In this document: piece by piece, positions 61,846 to 64,000 of the stretch
Layout: each line of letters starts with the position of its first letter
How positions within the stretch are numbered: position 1 is the stretch's first letter
Source of the DNA: Pelagomonas calceolata
Taxonomy: Eukaryota
Assembly: GCA_918797485.1 (NCBI GenBank)
Contig: CAKKNE010000005.1
Location: forward strand, 3,906,001 to 3,970,000
Direction of reading: 5' to 3'
DNA length: 64,000 nt
The notes under the pieces: generated by a model
Databases searched by the model: none
Told to the model about the DNA's origin: nothing
Seen by the model: the letters and a program-made list of their open reading frames with translations, nothing else
Position numbers and translations under genes: made by a program

Positions 61846-62004
61846 TTGATTATTGGCCGCGCCGAGCGTAGTTGCCGCGCGCCCTCGCGGCCGACGGTAC
61901 TCGACGGGCGTCTCAGACCCACCTCGACTGACGCTCAACCGCGGCGACGACCGCGCGCGCCGACGAAAACCGGCGCCTAGAGTCTGGGAAAACTGTCAAA
62001 CAGT

Positions 62005-62569
62005 ATGCCCGCCCCGCGCCAGCGGATCGGGCGCGAGGGCGGCCCCGAAGTGGGCGACGACGTAAAACTCTACGCCATACAGAAGCGGAGCATGCGGGGC
62101 TCGAGAAACCGGGACTACCCCGACTTCGGCGATTTCGTGATGACGGAGTCGATGGGCAAGGTGATGTGGCACTACACGTCCACGGTCCACCAGTGCTTCA
62201 AGGGCGTCGGCGTCTCCGGCGTCGTCAAAGAGATTTACAGCGCCAAAATCTTCTTTGGCGAGCCGTTCCTAGGAGGGACGGTCGACGATCAGGATGGTCG
62301 ATTAGTGGCGGCCGTGCGTCGGGCTCGAGCTCGACGTCGACTACTCGCGCCGCGTCGACGACGACGAGATCGACCGCATGGAGACCTACATCAGGGCATT
62401 CCACGACGCGGCTGACGAGGAGCCCGCGTCGCCGTGGCAGGTCGACCCGCTCCAGACCGACGCCGACCGCGCGCTGCGAGCCGAGCTGGTCGAGGGGTTC
62501 AACCCGCAGTCGCTCCGCGAAGAGTACGTCGCCATGCGGGCGGCGACGAGAGCCATCCTAGAAGTGTAA
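62005..62569 (+). pseudogene. Hypothetical gene with a frameshift near 62300-62330
   Basis: Protein-like ORF 62005-62300 continues in another frame (LELDVDYSRRVDDDEIDRMETY...LEV*). Confidence 0.5.
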
Positions 62570-62590
62570 GTTAGTGCGCGCGCGACCGTA

Positions 62591-62694
62591 GCCCAGTTCG
62601 CCCAGTTCGCCCAGTTTACCCAGTTTCGAGATTCCAGTTTGACGAGTTCTCCGAGTTTCCAGTTTCCAGTTTCCAGTTTTCAGTTTCCAGTTTT
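62591..62694. repeat. Degenerate tandem repeat with a CCAGTT core (GCCCAGTTC and TTTCCAG units)
   Basis: gcccagttcgcccagttcgcccagttt...tttccagtttccagtttccagttttcagtttccagtttt. Confidence 0.8.
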
Positions 62695-63320
62695 GCGTGT
62701 GGGTTTTGCCGCCCATAACAGTCTAGCGGCGCGAACGGCCAAGCGACGTCTCGCTCGGTGCAAGCCCGACTCTCGTACGTATTACAGAGAATCAGGCCCG
62801 GAAAACGCGCAAGCGACGGCTCGGCGACGGCGCGCTCCGCGTCGAGTGTCGCGGCGGGTCTTTTTTGTTGCGCCCGGCGTCGTGCTCGACGGACGTCGTG
62901 CTGGCGGTGCTCCGGGCGCTCTCGTCTGTGTAATGTGTTTACCTCCTAGTATCCATACGCGCGATCTACAAACCCAAAGAAGTCACGAAGGCCTCACGTT
63001 GGCTCGGTGGCTAGGCGGTCTAGCTCTCAACAAGGCAAAGAAAGTCCCGCGGGACAGGTAAATGAACTTCGCTCACATTCGGTTTTTTGGAATCCTGGAG
63101 ACGGTTGGAAGACGACCAGGACAGATTCAGATGCGTCCGGCGGCTTGAGCCGCCGCCAGCGAAGCAACTCGGCGCCTCTCCATGGTGTAAATCGGCGGCG
63201 TTTTTGACCGTGGAAATTGCACTTAGCTGTTGCCTTATAGCAGCCATTATCCGCATACTAATCACTGCGCTCGCGCTCTGCGCTGAATCACTGGTGCTCA
63301 AAGGACGCAGCAACAACAGG

Positions 63321-64000
63321 ATGGCTGCTATGATTAAAAGCCACCCTGGCTTAAAGCCCCTCGAGGAGGTCGACAGCGAGATGTCTGAGCTCATCGCCCA
63401 GGAGCAGCGGCGCCAGGCATGCGCACGGCGTCCGAAACCGAAAGAGAGAGGGGGGGAGCGCGCCGAGTCGGGACGCGTCGACGCGCCGTCTTCCCGGTGA
63501 CCACGTCTGCTCGATGGCGCGACGGCGCTCGGTCGGCGGCGCGTCCCAGCTTCCACGCCATCGCCGCGACCGCGTCTCTCAAAACACAGTTCACGTCCAT
63601 CGAGCTCATCGCGTCGGAGAACTTCGCCAGTAGAGCCATCATGGACTGCCTCGGTTCCTGCCTCACGAACAAGTACGCCGAGGGCCTCCCCGGCAAGCGC
63701 TATTATGGAGGCAACGAGGTCATCGACCAGATCGAGAACCTCTGCAAGAGCCGCGCGCTCGAGGCGTACCGATTGTCCCCGGACGAGTGGGGCGTCAACG
63801 TGCAGCCCTACTCCGGCTCGCCGGCGAACTTCGCCGTCTATACCGGATTATTGAGCCCGCACGCGCGCATCATGGGCCTCGACCTGCCGAGCGGCGGTCA
63901 TTTAACCCACGGCTTTTATACCCTCGACAAGAAGACCATGAGCCGCAAGCCCGTCTCTGCGACTTCCGTCTACTTTGAAAGCTTACCGTACCGCGTGCAC
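63321..64000 (+). CDS. SHMT: Serine hydroxymethyltransferase, 5' part; exons 63321-63416 and 63590 to beyond 64000
   Basis: Spliced product [28 protein letters not shown]...[19 protein letters not shown]...[15 protein letters not shown]...[13 protein letters not shown]. Confidence 0.95.
63417..63589 (+). other. GC-AG intron (173 nt) in SHMT
   Basis: CAG|GCATGC...AAAACACAG|TTC restores the conserved [13 protein letters not shown]. Confidence 0.88.

Larger units (their letters stand above)
61412..62933 (+). repeat. ~117-120 bp direct repeat (61412-61531 and 62817-62933) of a gene 3' end flanking a ~1.3-kb insert
   Basis: cggctcggcgacggcgcgctccgcgtcga(a/g)tgtcgcggcgggtc...ccggcgtcgtgctcgacggacgtcgtg...tgtgtaa in both copies. 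Confidence 0.9.

Noticed and set aside
62591..62694. TTTCCAG repeat as interstitial telomere
   Set aside because: Does not match TTAGGG/TTTAGGG-type repeats on either strand.
63087..63320. Hydrophobic in-frame extension upstream of SHMT
   Set aside because: No in-frame ATG, so a targeting peptide cannot be supported without transcript data.
1..64000. Prokaryotic operon, prophage or defence island interpretation
   Set aside because: Spliceosomal introns, eukaryote-specific genes and no phage, integrase or cas genes.

Overview
Eukaryotic, GC-rich, very gene-dense nuclear DNA with about 45 mostly intronless genes. Composition, gene content (bipartite plastid presequences) and intron type suggest a pelagophyte alga such as Pelagomonas or Aureococcus; this is inference, not a database result. 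I found no rRNA, tRNA or CRISPR. Recognisable genes include a Pyr_redox_3 flavoprotein, Myb protein, rhomboid, RWDD1, MPND-like protein, two EF-hand paralogs, NlpC/P60-like amidase, NCLX/CCX, TAF7, Derlin, DNL zinc finger, CHORD, PUS1, AspRS, NADAR-FHA-RRM, BASS, FAD monooxygenase, GT47, SDR, mitochondrial carrier, UFD1-like, F-box proteins and SHMT. Three non-coding signals stand out. (1) An oriented bipartite element, CTAG-T(G/A)T(C/G)TTAC-Nx-CG-CTAG with a 12-15 nt spacer, occurs about 20 times, only between genes, and usually points at an ATG about 90-270 bp away. (2) Two introns are introner-type transposons with TIRs and 8-bp TSDs; the same family is spliced in both orientations, and one copy is a 56-bp mini-element. 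(3) A 16-nt motif, ACGCCATCGACGCGAC, lies in sense orientation in 5 of the 6 inferred introns. Also present are an insertion flanked by a duplicated gene 3' end, several frameshifted or truncated genes, and an unannotated small domain shared by two proteins. All product calls come from visual motif recognition only.
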